IMG/VR virus record: IMGVR_UViG_3300037440_000439
Location: 1 to 40,936 of that record
Source: a virus
Taxonomy: Duplodnaviria; Caudoviricetes
Length of the DNA stretch: 40,936 nt
Reading direction: 5' to 3' (one strand)
Shown here: one piece after another, positions 8,462-17,591 of the stretch
Position numbering within the stretch: the stretch's first letter is position 1
How the letters are laid out: each line of letters opens with the position of its first letter
Made by a program: the position numbers and the translations under genes
The notes under the pieces: model-generated
Seen by the model: the letters and a program-made list of their open reading frames with translations, nothing else
What the model was told of the DNA's origin: nothing
Databases searched by the model: none

Positions 8462-11400
8462 CTAATACTTCTTGTACCATTTGTTCGAGGCATCCGCCTG
8501 ATATGTTTGCGGGTCATCATCATACCAATCCTGGGCCGCCGGGTCCTGCCAATCGGGTTCACTTTCATCCTGCCAATCGGGTTCATTGGCCTGCTCCCAT
8601 CCGGTTCCAATCAGTTTGGCCGATCGCTCCGATGACACATTGCCGGTGATTTTGGCCGACCGCTCCGAATCGGCGGTCAATACACCGATGATCCTGGCCG
8701 ACCGATCCGATGTGACCGTTTCGGTGCCGTGGGTTTTGGCCGCCCGATCCGATGATGCGGCCAATTGACCGGCCGTTTTGGCGGAGCGCTGGTCATTGTC
8801 GGTGTCCTGCCCGGTGACCTTGGCCGATCGGTCATCGGTGTCGGCATCCTGACCGGTAAGTTTTGCCGCCCGCTCATCATCGGCCCCCAGGGCTCCGGTA
8901 GTTTTTGCCGGCCGATTTGAGGCGTCGGTTTGTTGCCCGGTGGTTTTCCCGGCCCGCTCACTTGAAGCCGACAATTGACCGGCCGTTTTGGCCGATCGGT
9001 CATCGGCAATGCCGCCAATGATTTTGGCGCCCCGCTCACTATTTTCGGTGGTACCGCCCGGATTTTCTTCGACATCGCCCACCGAATAGAAGCTGGCCGG
9101 GTCCATCAGGTTGTTGTATTCGTTATTGCGCCGATTGGCCCCACGATTGATTTTTGATACCCGGATTTCGTCAATGGTCCCATCAAGCGGCCTTGGGGTG
9201 CCGACGCCGGCTTCCGCCCGCCCGCCCATGTATAGTTTGAGGTTGTTAGTCTGAATTGTGGATGAAGTGGCGGTGGTTGTATCGGGTGTACCGTTATCAA
9301 TGCTTAGGATGAAGGTGTCGTCATTAGTGGTGCCGTCCCAATCGGCAAATGCGTGATACCATTGTTCATTCCAAGTGGTTTGGGTGGAGCCTAATGCGTT
9401 GAAATTGGTAGTGCCGTCGCCGGTTTGAAAATATAGTTTGCCGTCATTGAAAAGGCCCACGTCATATACTTTGGTGGCGTAGTTTGAAAAATGATTGTTT
9501 TGTTTGTGTAAAATTCCCCGCAATCCATCGACTGAAGCATGACCATTTTTGGGTTTGAAAATGACCGTGATTGAAATACCATTGGAGCCGTCAATATCAA
9601 GGGAAGCTGAATCCGGAAGCTTGGCCCCGTCCTCATTGGTGGGTTCATAATATTGCGCCTTCCCGACTTGCCCGGTGACTTGGGTGGGTTCCCGGCCGGC
9701 ATCGGCGGATCCGTCATTGCGGTATGAGCTTGAATCCTCCACCTCACTGGCGGTGCCGTCCCAATTGCCGTTGCCATGAATTACGGCCACATAATCATCG
9801 TCAAATACATTGTCCTGACCATACGTGTCGCCCCGGCCGTAATCAGTAGCGGATGATCGGCCATAGTACACATACACCGACACATCATCGGTGCCGTCAA
9901 AACTGCCGGAATACTTAGTGTGGACCTCACCGGTATCGGCGCCGGCGTCATAGTTGACAATTTCCCGAGGCAATTCGGTCAAACCGTCGTCCTTAGTGAT
10001 TCGGATGTCGCCGGCATCGGATCGTACATGAGTGTGGAAGTGGGCCGGCAAGCGGCTCAAATCAAGGTATATGGGGAAATCGGTGTCGGCTTCCAATTTT
10101 GAAGCCGGGATGGTGTAGGCGACGCGATAGGGCCAATTGTCATCGTACCAATTGGCACCGGTGCCGGTTAGTTTGGCGGAGCGCTCAGAATTGACGTTGG
10201 TGCCGCCGGTAAGTTTGGCCGCCCGATCCGAATTTGTGGTGGTGGTGCCCGTGACTTTCGCGGATCGATCGGATGCGGCGGTTTCCTGACCTGTTAGTTT
10301 GGCGGCGCGTTGTGACGTGTCGGTATCGGTACCGGCAATTTTGGCGCTTCGTTGATCATTGGCGCCGGTGATTCCCGTGACTTTGGCGGACCGCTCATTT
10401 GTTGCAGTATCCTGGCCGGTTATTTTTGCGGCTCGGGTGTCGGTAGCGGTGGTGGTACCGGTTATTTTTGCCGACCGGGAATCATTGGCCGTCAATTGCC
10501 CTGTGGTTTTGGCGGATCGAATATCGTTGGCCGTGTCGGTGCCGGTCAGTTTGGCCGGCCGGTCATCGGCGGTGCCGCCCAAACCGGTGATTTTGGCGGC
10601 TCGGGTATCGGCGGCGGTGTCGGTCCCGGTAACTTTTGCGGACCGTTGCGAATTTTCTGTATCAAACCCGGTCAGTTTGGCGGACCGGGTGTCATTTGCC
10701 GTACTACTACCAGAGGTTTTCGCATTCCTTTCATCCGAATCCGTACTTTTTCCGGTAACCTTGGCACTACGCTCCCCGGTGACAGTATCCTGGCCGGTTG
10801 CTTTGGCATTCCGATCGCTTGAATCACTACTTTGACCAGTAATTTTGGCGGATCGGGTGGAATTGGCGGTATCGGTCCCAATAGTTTTGGCGGACCGGGT
10901 GTCATTTGCCGAATCCTGCCCCGTTATTTTGGCCGATCGGGTCGAATTGGCCGAATCCTGGCCCGTGACCTTGGCCGACCGGGTATCGTTGGCGGTGGTT
11001 TTTCCGGTGGTTTTTGCCGGCCGCTCATCATTGGTTTCGGTACCACCACCCGGTGAATATCCTTGGACCGCCGGCCCGTTGGTTTCACGGAAAAAAGCAT
11101 TGGTGGCAGTATCAAGGGTGGATCGATCGGAAATGTCGGTGTTGCCGATGACCACATCACCATTGCCGTCCTCACCATTCAATGGGTAGGATCGGGCTTG
11201 GTTGCCGGTCCATGAAATAGTGTCATCGACATTTGGCTCCGCCGCTCCGGTTTTGTAATATGCCGTGTCACCGCCGGAGGTAAAAGGAATGCATCCGGTG
11301 TCATTGTCCCAATGACCGATATTCCACCCGATTTCGTATGAAACCGGGCTTGATGGGGTGTAGGCATAGGCTCCGGGCGTTGCCGATGGGGTTATGAGTG

Positions 11401-13873
11401 GCGATTTGTATTTGACCGTATCACCATCGAAAAGCAAAATTTTGAAACCTTTGGAGTTTCGTGAGTAATAATTAAACTCAAAAATCCTATTGTCGGCTCC
11501 CCCGCCTCCGCCCGTAATTTTAGCGGCCCGCTCATTATTGGTGGATGCCTTCCCGGTTATTTTGGCCGCGCGCTCACTGTTGGCCGAATCGGTTCCGGTG
11601 ATTTTAGCCGATCGAGTGTCATTGGTTAATTGTGAGCCGGTAGTTTTTGCCGGCCGCTCCGCATTTGAGGTTGATTTCCCTGTAATTTTGGCGCTTCTGG
11701 TTGAATTTGTTGTGTCCTGGCCAGTCAGTTTGGCGGACCGGGTGTCATTGGTGGCGGTGCCGGCTCCGGAGTATGTAGCCGTGAGAGTAACATCATGCAA
11801 TTCTGGTGTGGCGGTGCCATCACCCGAAAATGATGCCTTGTATTTGATCAGTCCATCGGCCGGCGTGGTGATGCTGGTGATGTCGGGAATTGACCCCCCA
11901 TTTGAAACCGACGACCACCCCTCCCATGTTGACCCGGAGTTTGTTGACACATTCGTTTCCATGGTGAGGGTTTGGGAATTGAGGGTGGCCGTCCAATCAA
12001 TTGTGCCGCCGCCAACCGCGTTGAGTTTGGTGGTGGAAAAGGTGGATGATTCATAGGTGCCGGAGGTTTCATAGCCCGATCCGGTATAAACTTTGACCAA
12101 ATCAAGGGCCACGTCGGCGGCCCATCCTCCGGCGGCTACATCGCGAAACCTTAGTTTGGAGTAATCGACAAAATTACTACTGCCGGTGGTAACGTGATTC
12201 CATTGATTGCCTTGGTCGCCGGTTGATGACCAAATTTCGGTCCAAGTTGAGCCATTCCACCCCTCAAGGTAAAGGGTGCCTTGATCGACCCCATATTGAT
12301 GGTAGTAGAAGTCAACATATCCGGATTCGGTGGAGCCGATGTCATACTCAATAACTGCTTCATTGCCGGAAGTATACATTGCGCTTGGCGATGAGGCTTC
12401 GATGTATATATAATAAGTGCCGTCCTGGGCCGATGATGGGCCGGTGTTTGATGATGGAGTGCCACTTGCGTCACGTATCCAATCCTGGTCATCATCGGTT
12501 CCCAAGGTCCAATCCCCCAAACTCGATTCAAATGATTCAGTGTCCTCCAAACTAACCGAAGCGCTCAAGGATATTTCGTCATTGGAAACGTAGGTGTTTG
12601 AGGTGGTGCCGTCAAAATCGGCATCAAGGGTGTCGGTGTCGGAAATTTCATCGGCCACAAAGACGACTTCATCCCCATATGAATACCCTTGATCATTTTT
12701 GGCATACGCTCGGACATAGTAGGTTTGTCCGGAAGTCAAACCCGAAATCGTAAGGGAAAATGTCCCGGTTGAGTAGGTGCCAGTTTCATTTTGTACGTTA
12801 GAATAATTCGACGAAGCCGGTGAAGTGTCACCGGGGTCGCTATAACTTGAAGTGTCATATACAAAACCGCGCTCGGTTGGGCTTGATTCCCCCTCGCTGA
12901 TAATATTTCCATTCCCATCGCCGGCGGTGTCTTTGATATTGTCAATTGCGGATGTGGTAACCACCGGGGTCACCACTCCGGTATAGCCGGCTTCATATAC
13001 CTTGACGCTTGACGTTTCCAACCTTGCTTCGATAATCCCCGACCCATCAGCCTCGATCAACCATCCGGCGGCTCGAAATAAGTCATTGCCATAATTGTCA
13101 GTAACACCATTTTTTCTCAAATCGCCATAATCGGCGACGCTAGTCCACATGAAATACAAACCACCCGACGACCCGCTCGGCAATGCCGTCATGTCGTAAT
13201 AACCGGACCCATATGAGCCGGTGTCACGATCAATCATGTTGGTGTGGGTTGTGATGTCGGTTGTTAGGTAGCCAAAAAGGTAGGTTTTTGAATTGTTCGA
13301 TGACGCATAGTGTTCAAAAATTTGATTCGCGTCTACGCCCACTATTCGGCCGGCGGCCCGCTCGCAATATGAGGATGACGGAATTTCGTCGGTACTGCCA
13401 TTTTTCCGCAATTTGTATGTATCGCTTACTGAAAAATTCGTAACCGATAATATTGCGGCGGTGGCCGTGTCCGGGGAAGTGTCGGAGGAAATATCGACAT
13501 CCGCCCATGACCCTGTTATACCCGGGTCCACATCGATCATGTTGACATAAAATGTCGCCTCGGTTGTAAAATAACCGATCAATTCTATGAAGCAGCTTGC
13601 GCCAACATATGCTTCAAAAACCCGGCTCCCATCCACCCCAACATACATGGTCCCATGTTGGTGACCAAAATAGTTAGTCGTCCACATCTGCGTGGTATCG
13701 GTGCTTCCGTTGTTGCGGATGCCCATGGTGTATGAAGCGTTCAGGGCGGTTTCACGTATGCGCAAAATCACACCAGTGGCGCCGGCGGGAATATATGAGC
13801 TTACATCAACATCCTGCCATGACTCCGTTGTGCCTGGAGTAACATCGACCTTAGTGATCCAAGTGACACTCAT
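8462..13873 (-). CDS. 1803-aa modular virion fibre/adhesin-like protein (N-terminal repeats, FN3, MAM, DUF2341-like, LamG; 14-aa repeat stalks)
   Basis: FN3: SGQTYYVRAYAKNDQGYSYG. MAM: GTPSSNTGPS...YIYIEAS...FYYHQYG...GNQW. DUF2341-like: WPYR...DIRIT...VYVYYG. LamG: WYH...LYMGG...GTIDEIRVS. Confidence 0.8.
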   Translation of the reverse strand: MSVTWITKVDVTPGTTESWQDVDVSSYIPAGATGVILRIRETALNASYTMGIRNNGSTDTTQMWTTNYFGHQHGTMYVGVDGSRVFEAYVGASCFIELIGYFTTEATFYVNMIDVDPGITGSWADVDISSDTSPDTATAAILSVTNFSVSDTYKLRKNGSTDEIPSSSYCERAAGRIVGVDANQIFEHYASSNNSKTYLFGYLTTDITTHTNMIDRDTGSYGSGYYDMTALPSGSSGGLYFMWTSVADYGDLRKNGVTDNYGNDLFRAAGWLIEADGSGIIEARLETSSVKVYEAGYTGVVTPVVTTSAIDNIKDTAGDGNGNIISEGESSPTERGFVYDTSSYSDPGDTSPASSNYSNVQNETGTYSTGTFSLTISGLTSGQTYYVRAYAKNDQGYSYGDEVVFVADEISDTDTLDADFDGTTSNTYVSNDEISLSASVSLEDTESFESSLGDWTLGTDDDQDWIRDASGTPSSNTGPSSAQDGTYYIYIEASSPSAMYTSGNEAVIEYDIGSTESGYVDFYYHQYGVDQGTLYLEGWNGSTWTEIWSSTGDQGNQWNHVTTGSSNFVDYSKLRFRDVAAGGWAADVALDLVKVYTGSGYETSGTYESSTFSTTKLNAVGGGTIDWTATLNSQTLTMETNVSTNSGSTWEGWSSVSNGGSIPDITSITTPADGLIKYKASFSGDGTATPELHDVTLTATYSGAGTATNDTRSAKLTGQDTTNSTRSAKITGKSTSNAERPAKTTGSQLTNDTRSAKITGTDSANSERAAKITGKASTNNERAAKITGGGGGADNRIFEFNYYSRNSKGFKILLFDGDTVKYKSPLITPSATPGAYAYTPSSPVSYEIGWNIGHWDNDTGCIPFTSGGDTAYYKTGAAEPNVDDTISWTGNQARSYPLNGEDGNGDVVIGNTDISDRSTLDTATNAFFRETNGPAVQGYSPGGGTETNDERPAKTTGKTTANDTRSAKVTGQDSANSTRSAKITGQDSANDTRSAKTIGTDTANSTRSAKITGQSSDSSDRNAKATGQDTVTGERSAKVTGKSTDSDERNAKTSGSSTANDTRSAKLTGFDTENSQRSAKVTGTDTAADTRAAKITGLGGTADDRPAKLTGTDTANDIRSAKTTGQLTANDSRSAKITGTTTATDTRAAKITGQDTATNERSAKVTGITGANDQRSAKIAGTDTDTSQRAAKLTGQETAASDRSAKVTGTTTTNSDRAAKLTGGTNVNSERSAKLTGTGANWYDDNWPYRVAYTIPASKLEADTDFPIYLDLSRLPAHFHTHVRSDAGDIRITKDDGLTELPREIVNYDAGADTGEVHTKYSGSFDGTDDVSVYVYYGRSSATDYGRGDTYGQDNVFDDDYVAVIHGNGNWDGTASEVEDSSSYRNDGSADAGREPTQVTGQVGKAQYYEPTNEDGAKLPDSASLDIDGSNGISITVIFKPKNGHASVDGLRGILHKQNNHFSNYATKVYDVGLFNDGKLYFQTGDGTTNFNALGSTQTTWNEQWYHAFADWDGTTNDDTFILSIDNGTPDTTTATSSTIQTNNLKLYMGGRAEAGVGTPRPLDGTIDEIRVSKINRGANRRNNEYNNLMDPASFYSVGDVEENPGGTTENSERGAKIIGGIADDRSAKTAGQLSASSERAGKTTGQQTDASNRPAKTTGALGADDERAAKLTGQDADTDDRSAKVTGQDTDNDQRSAKTAGQLAASSDRAAKTHGTETVTSDRSARIIGVLTADSERSAKITGNVSSERSAKLIGTGWEQANEPDWQDESEPDWQDPAAQDWYDDDPQTYQADASNKWYKKY
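8610..9045 (-). repeat. Block 3 of degenerate 42-bp/14-aa repeats (11 units)
   Basis: Units end in R[SAP]AK[ILVT]TG; boundaries approximate. Confidence 0.9.
10165..11035 (-). repeat. Block 2 of degenerate 42-bp/14-aa repeats (21 units)
   Basis: Counted in the translation from NDERPAKTTG to SERSAKLTG; boundaries approximate. Confidence 0.92.
11510..11755 (-). repeat. Block 1 of degenerate 42-bp/14-aa repeats (6 units)
   Basis: NDTRSAKLTG...NERAAKITG; boundaries approximate. Confidence 0.9.
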
Positions 13874-13876
13874 GCT

Positions 13877-14386
13877 TTACACCTCCGGATCATCCGCGTT
13901 TTCCTCACCATCAAGCTCAAATCCTTGTGCCTCTAAATTCTGAATGGCCGCTTGCGCTTGCTCATGGCGATAGGCCACCACCTCACCTTGCTCATTGACG
14001 TCGTTATATTCATTTTCCGGTACGCGGTTTTCCAGGGCTTCCACCATATTGGCTTGATGAAATTTGACGGCATACTTGTTCCAAATCATGCCATGAAGTT
14101 TGTCAAATACTTCCTTTGGGGTAGCATTGATTGGGGTCGGATTCCAATTCGACCCATCCCAAGTGGCTTTGGCCATAAATTCCGGATTGTTTGGTCTGAT
14201 ATCAAACACTAATAGTGCGTGGCGTGTATTCGGGTCGCGCCGGGCCACAAAGCGCTTGCTCTGACCTTTTTTCCAAAAATTGTAGTATGCATCCTCCAAT
14301 TTGTCATGTACTCGATTGAATCGTTCATCAATTTTTCGCCGCAAATACTCATGTTCAATACGGTCAAAATTTCGTTGATGTGTCAT
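13877..14386 (-). CDS. Hypothetical protein
   Basis: 169-aa ORF, coupled to neighbours, GGGGGTG RBS. Confidence 0.7.
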   Translation of the reverse strand: MTHQRNFDRIEHEYLRRKIDERFNRVHDKLEDAYYNFWKKGQSKRFVARRDPNTRHALLVFDIRPNNPEFMAKATWDGSNWNPTPINATPKEVFDKLHGMIWNKYAVKFHQANMVEALENRVPENEYNDVNEQGEVVAYRHEQAQAAIQNLEAQGFELDGEENADDPEV

Positions 14387-14823
14387 TTTTCACCCCCTTT
14401 GCTTTTCACTAATGTCCAACAATTCCTTGGGTCGGTTTCATCGACCCACAATTGCAATTCATAGGTGGGATATTCGGCAATGGCGATGGTGTACCAATCA
14501 CTGATTTTGATGGCTCCGGGTTTATCATCAATCATGGCCATTTCCCGGCTCATTTTCCGCTCACACCAAAAGTCGATTGGGGGCTCAAGGTTGGCAAATT
14601 CGGAAAATTTTGGGTTTTTACCGGCGGAGGGTAGGTTGAAAGTGCGGCCGTCCTTGGTGGTCAAGGCCAATGATGTGATGGCCGCGCCGGTTTCCTGCAA
14701 ATGCTTTTGCAGTTTTTGCCATGGCGACAAATCGCCCTCGATTTCCGTAAAATTTCCTTTGCCTTCAAAAAAGGTGTCGCCCTTGTTGGTTGACACCTGC
14801 CATCGTACCTGATGGGAGTTCAT
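14383..14823 (-). CDS. Hypothetical protein
   Basis: GGAGGT RBS before MNSHQ; stop overlaps the next start. Confidence 0.7.
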   Translation of the reverse strand: MNSHQVRWQVSTNKGDTFFEGKGNFTEIEGDLSPWQKLQKHLQETGAAITSLALTTKDGRTFNLPSAGKNPKFSEFANLEPPIDFWCERKMSREMAMIDDKPGAIKISDWYTIAIAEYPTYELQLWVDETDPRNCWTLVKSKGGEK

Positions 14824-14883
14824 TGTGACCTCCAAATATCACTACTTATTAAGTCCCAAAGGGCCTTGCCAAGTGAGTGGGGT

Positions 14884-15099
14884 TTATTCTGGTTGTGCTT
14901 CGTGCTCCACCGTGTAAGAGTATGAATCCTCACCAACCAGGATATCGGCTTCACTCACGCCGTCCTGAAAAGTGATTTTATGATTCGGGGTGTTGATCCC
15001 CCGGAGCCCGGCGATTCTGACCCGGACCGATCCAATTTTGGATTCGGGATCGGGGACGCCGGCTTTGGTGAGCACATCAAGTGCGGTTGTTCGTTGCAT
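14884..15099 (-). CDS. Hypothetical small protein
   Basis: 71-aa ORF starting 1 nt after the upstream stop. Confidence 0.65.
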   Translation of the reverse strand: MQRTTALDVLTKAGVPDPESKIGSVRVRIAGLRGINTPNHKITFQDGVSEADILVGEDSYSYTVEHEAQPE

Positions 15100-15100
15100 A

Positions 15101-15670
15101 TTAAGTGTAGGTTAATTCGTCACGTAAAGTGAATGCTGTTTTTTCGCCAACCGAATCGGGGGAAGCGGAAATGATGATGTAAAAGTCATGGGAGGTGGAT
15201 GATCCGGAATCGGTGATCGATAGGGCCGATCCGGAGCCCTCGGCGGCGGTGAAATTGGTGTCGCCGGATTCGGCGGCCACAAAAGTGACGCCGGTTGGGC
15301 CATTAGTGGTGACACTGTCATCATAAGCGTAAAAGGTATGGGAGGAAACGGCCACGGCCGATCCGTGGGCAAAATTGATTTTCAAAGCGCATTCGGAATC
15401 CAAAATGGCATCAATATCCTCGGTGCCGTCGCCCCAATCGGCTTGGGAATCGCCGCCGGCGCCACCTGATTGGGAAATGAATTTGTTGTTGCGGGGAGTA
15501 TTACCGGATGAATCATCGGCGCCGACACTTGATTCGACATGGGTAGTGTCATTGTATGCGCTTACGGTGATGGCGGTGTCAAACCCGCCGGAGCCGGCAA
15601 ATTGCACGATGTCGGTGGCTTCAATTGTGGTTGGAGCTGTGCCTTGTAGGGTCCAAGTATACGTTGCCAT
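15101..15670 (-). CDS. Putative virion structural protein (acidic, Ser/Thr/Gly-rich, beta-rich)
   Basis: Composition and position; own promoter-like element upstream. Confidence 0.6.
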   Translation of the reverse strand: MATYTWTLQGTAPTTIEATDIVQFAGSGGFDTAITVSAYNDTTHVESSVGADDSSGNTPRNNKFISQSGGAGGDSQADWGDGTEDIDAILDSECALKINFAHGSAVAVSSHTFYAYDDSVTTNGPTGVTFVAAESGDTNFTAAEGSGSALSITDSGSSTSHDFYIIISASPDSVGEKTAFTLRDELTYT

Positions 15671-15678
15671 TTGGAATC

Positions 15679-15709
15679 ATTATAGCAATTGAATCCGCTA
15701 TGGTGTCAA
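15679..15709 (-). promoter_or_regulatory. Sigma70-like promoter, near-leaderless
   Basis: TTGACA-N19-TATAAT with extended TGn; 8 nt to ATG 15670. Confidence 0.6.
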
Positions 15710-16762
15710 GCAATTGGCCAAAAATTGCCTCAAATTGGCTTCCTCCGCATCAAAATCCACTTTTTCCTTGAATTTGGCATATGCTTTTTGCCTCATTTCC
15801 CGGTATCGATCGGGATCATTGTAGTATGTAACCTTCTCAATAATTTGTTTTGGGGTCAAATCATCGATGTTGATGCAGGTCGCCCCATCAATCATCAAGT
15901 CGCCGGCCATTTTCCGCCGGTAGTAGGACATTTTGACGATTGGCGGGATGCCCATAGCAAATGCGTTGTGGATGATGTGGCCATAGCCGTCGCCGCCGGC
16001 CTTCACATGCCACACAAAACGTGCCCGGCTAATTTTTTCGGCCACTTGCTTCGTCCCATGCAAGGCCCCATCCCGACATGAGCCGCCAAATGATTTGAAA
16101 TCCCAATCGGGCATCAATTTTTCCAAAGTTTTGAACATGGCCCAATCGGATGAAAAATGGGCTTGATGGCCATAGGCATTGATGAAACTGAAAATAGTGT
16201 TGGTTTCCGTGGTGGCTTGTGGCCGGAAAATGTCCAAATCAAATTCCTGGTGGTAGGAAATAAAATTGATCCGATCGGGCACGTTGTCGATATAGGCCGA
16301 AGCCATAATGTTGTCGGCTTCACCGGCCGCAATGGTCCACGCGTTGCCGATTTGGTATATCAATTTAGCCTCCGGTGCATATTCGGCAATCAATTTTTTG
16401 AATGGCTCAATATGGGTGGGGATGGTGGCGATGACAAAATCAAAGCGCATTTTTTGGAAGTAATCGAGGGTGACGGCTCGGTTGAATGCTTCCGAATCAA
16501 TGTCAAAGCATTGATACACGCCGGATGGCTCATAATTGATCACCTCATTGAGTTTGCGGGACCCGTCGGGCGTGTTGCCGCCGATGCCCAAATATTGCTC
16601 AACCGTGGCCGGATGCTCAAATACATGCCAAAAGTTCTTGTTGTACCATTCCCGGCCGATCGGCCGGTACACCATGCCGCCCAAACGCCGCTCGAATAAC
16701 ATGATGAATGATTGAAGCAATGACGCGTGATGGAAATCACAAAATACATTGTATGTTTTCAT
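15698..16762 (-). CDS. Glycosyltransferase, GT-B/GT4-like
   Basis: GDGYGHIIHNAFAMGIPPI...LMIDGATCI C-terminal motif. Confidence 0.75.
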   Translation of the reverse strand: MKTYNVFCDFHHASLLQSFIMLFERRLGGMVYRPIGREWYNKNFWHVFEHPATVEQYLGIGGNTPDGSRKLNEVINYEPSGVYQCFDIDSEAFNRAVTLDYFQKMRFDFVIATIPTHIEPFKKLIAEYAPEAKLIYQIGNAWTIAAGEADNIMASAYIDNVPDRINFISYHQEFDLDIFRPQATTETNTIFSFINAYGHQAHFSSDWAMFKTLEKLMPDWDFKSFGGSCRDGALHGTKQVAEKISRARFVWHVKAGGDGYGHIIHNAFAMGIPPIVKMSYYRRKMAGDLMIDGATCINIDDLTPKQIIEKVTYYNDPDRYREMRQKAYAKFKEKVDFDAEEANLRQFLANCLTP

Positions 16763-16898
16763 ATTATTGCAATAGTATAGGGTACTACTCCCCTATCGCA
16801 TGGGTGTGTCATTTTTTTACTTTTTACCCAAGCGCGTCGGAGTAGGGGAGTGCGGTGGGGTAGGGGAGTGGATTGTTGCATATATTTCAATTATAGGT

Positions 16899-17591
16899 CT
16901 AAGCGTTTCTAAGGGCCTTTTTTGCCGTTTTTCTCCAGGTGGGGTGAATATATACTCCGGAATCAAGGACCTGCCTCAAATAGTCATAAAATTCGTCTTT
17001 GCAATAATTCGGCGGCTCATTTTCGGTGATCAAACGCCAATTGTGGGTCATGCCATTGTAATGTTTGAAGTATTGATCGGGGATATGGGCCGGCTCGATT
17101 TCCAAAAGCTCCAAATCCTTTTGGATTTGGCCGAAATGATCGTATTCGGGCGGCTTGGCGGAAAAGTCTTTGGACGTCAATTCGAGGGTATTGCGTTTGA
17201 TGAATAGGCAAGCCGGATGAAGCCGATCGCCTTGTTTGATGCCGATGACATCGTGATCCTCACCGGCTTTGTATACATGCTCCCAAAAGCCGTCCTTTGG
17301 GTAAAAGTCCTGCTCGGTAAACCATAACCAATCGGCATTGTAGGATTGCACCAAGGCCCGTTTGACGGCCGTATGCCGCCAGTCGATGCCGCCGGTCATA
17401 TACGGATCAATGAAAAGGATGTAATCGGGCGACATGATATTCATGACAAATTGCATATAATTGTCGCCCAATGGTGCCGGCGTCACTGAAATGATCACCC
17501 GATTGAATCGTTGCCGCTCCCGCTTGATCATTTCCCGCCATTGTGGAAAATCACAATTTTCCGGCCACGATACAATCACATCAAAAATCAT
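16899..17591 (-). CDS. Putative glycosyltransferase, GT-A-like
   Basis: ADWLWFTEQDF (ExD after a hydrophobic strand), LHPACLF; start re-called at MIFDVIV behind GAGGTG. Confidence 0.6.
   Translation of the reverse strand: MIFDVIVSWPENCDFPQWREMIKRERQRFNRVIISVTPAPLGDNYMQFVMNIMSPDYILFIDPYMTGGIDWRHTAVKRALVQSYNADWLWFTEQDFYPKDGFWEHVYKAGEDHDVIGIKQGDRLHPACLFIKRNTLELTSKDFSAKPPEYDHFGQIQKDLELLEIEPAHIPDQYFKHYNGMTHNWRLITENEPPNYCKDEFYDYLRQVLDSGVYIHPTWRKTAKKALRNA

Noticed and set aside
8610-11755. 42-bp periodic repeats as a CRISPR array or DGR template/variable repeat
   Set aside because: Units are degenerate at synonymous positions and in frame within one CDS; no constant repeat with unique spacers, no reverse transcriptase, no adenine-specific mismatch pattern seen.
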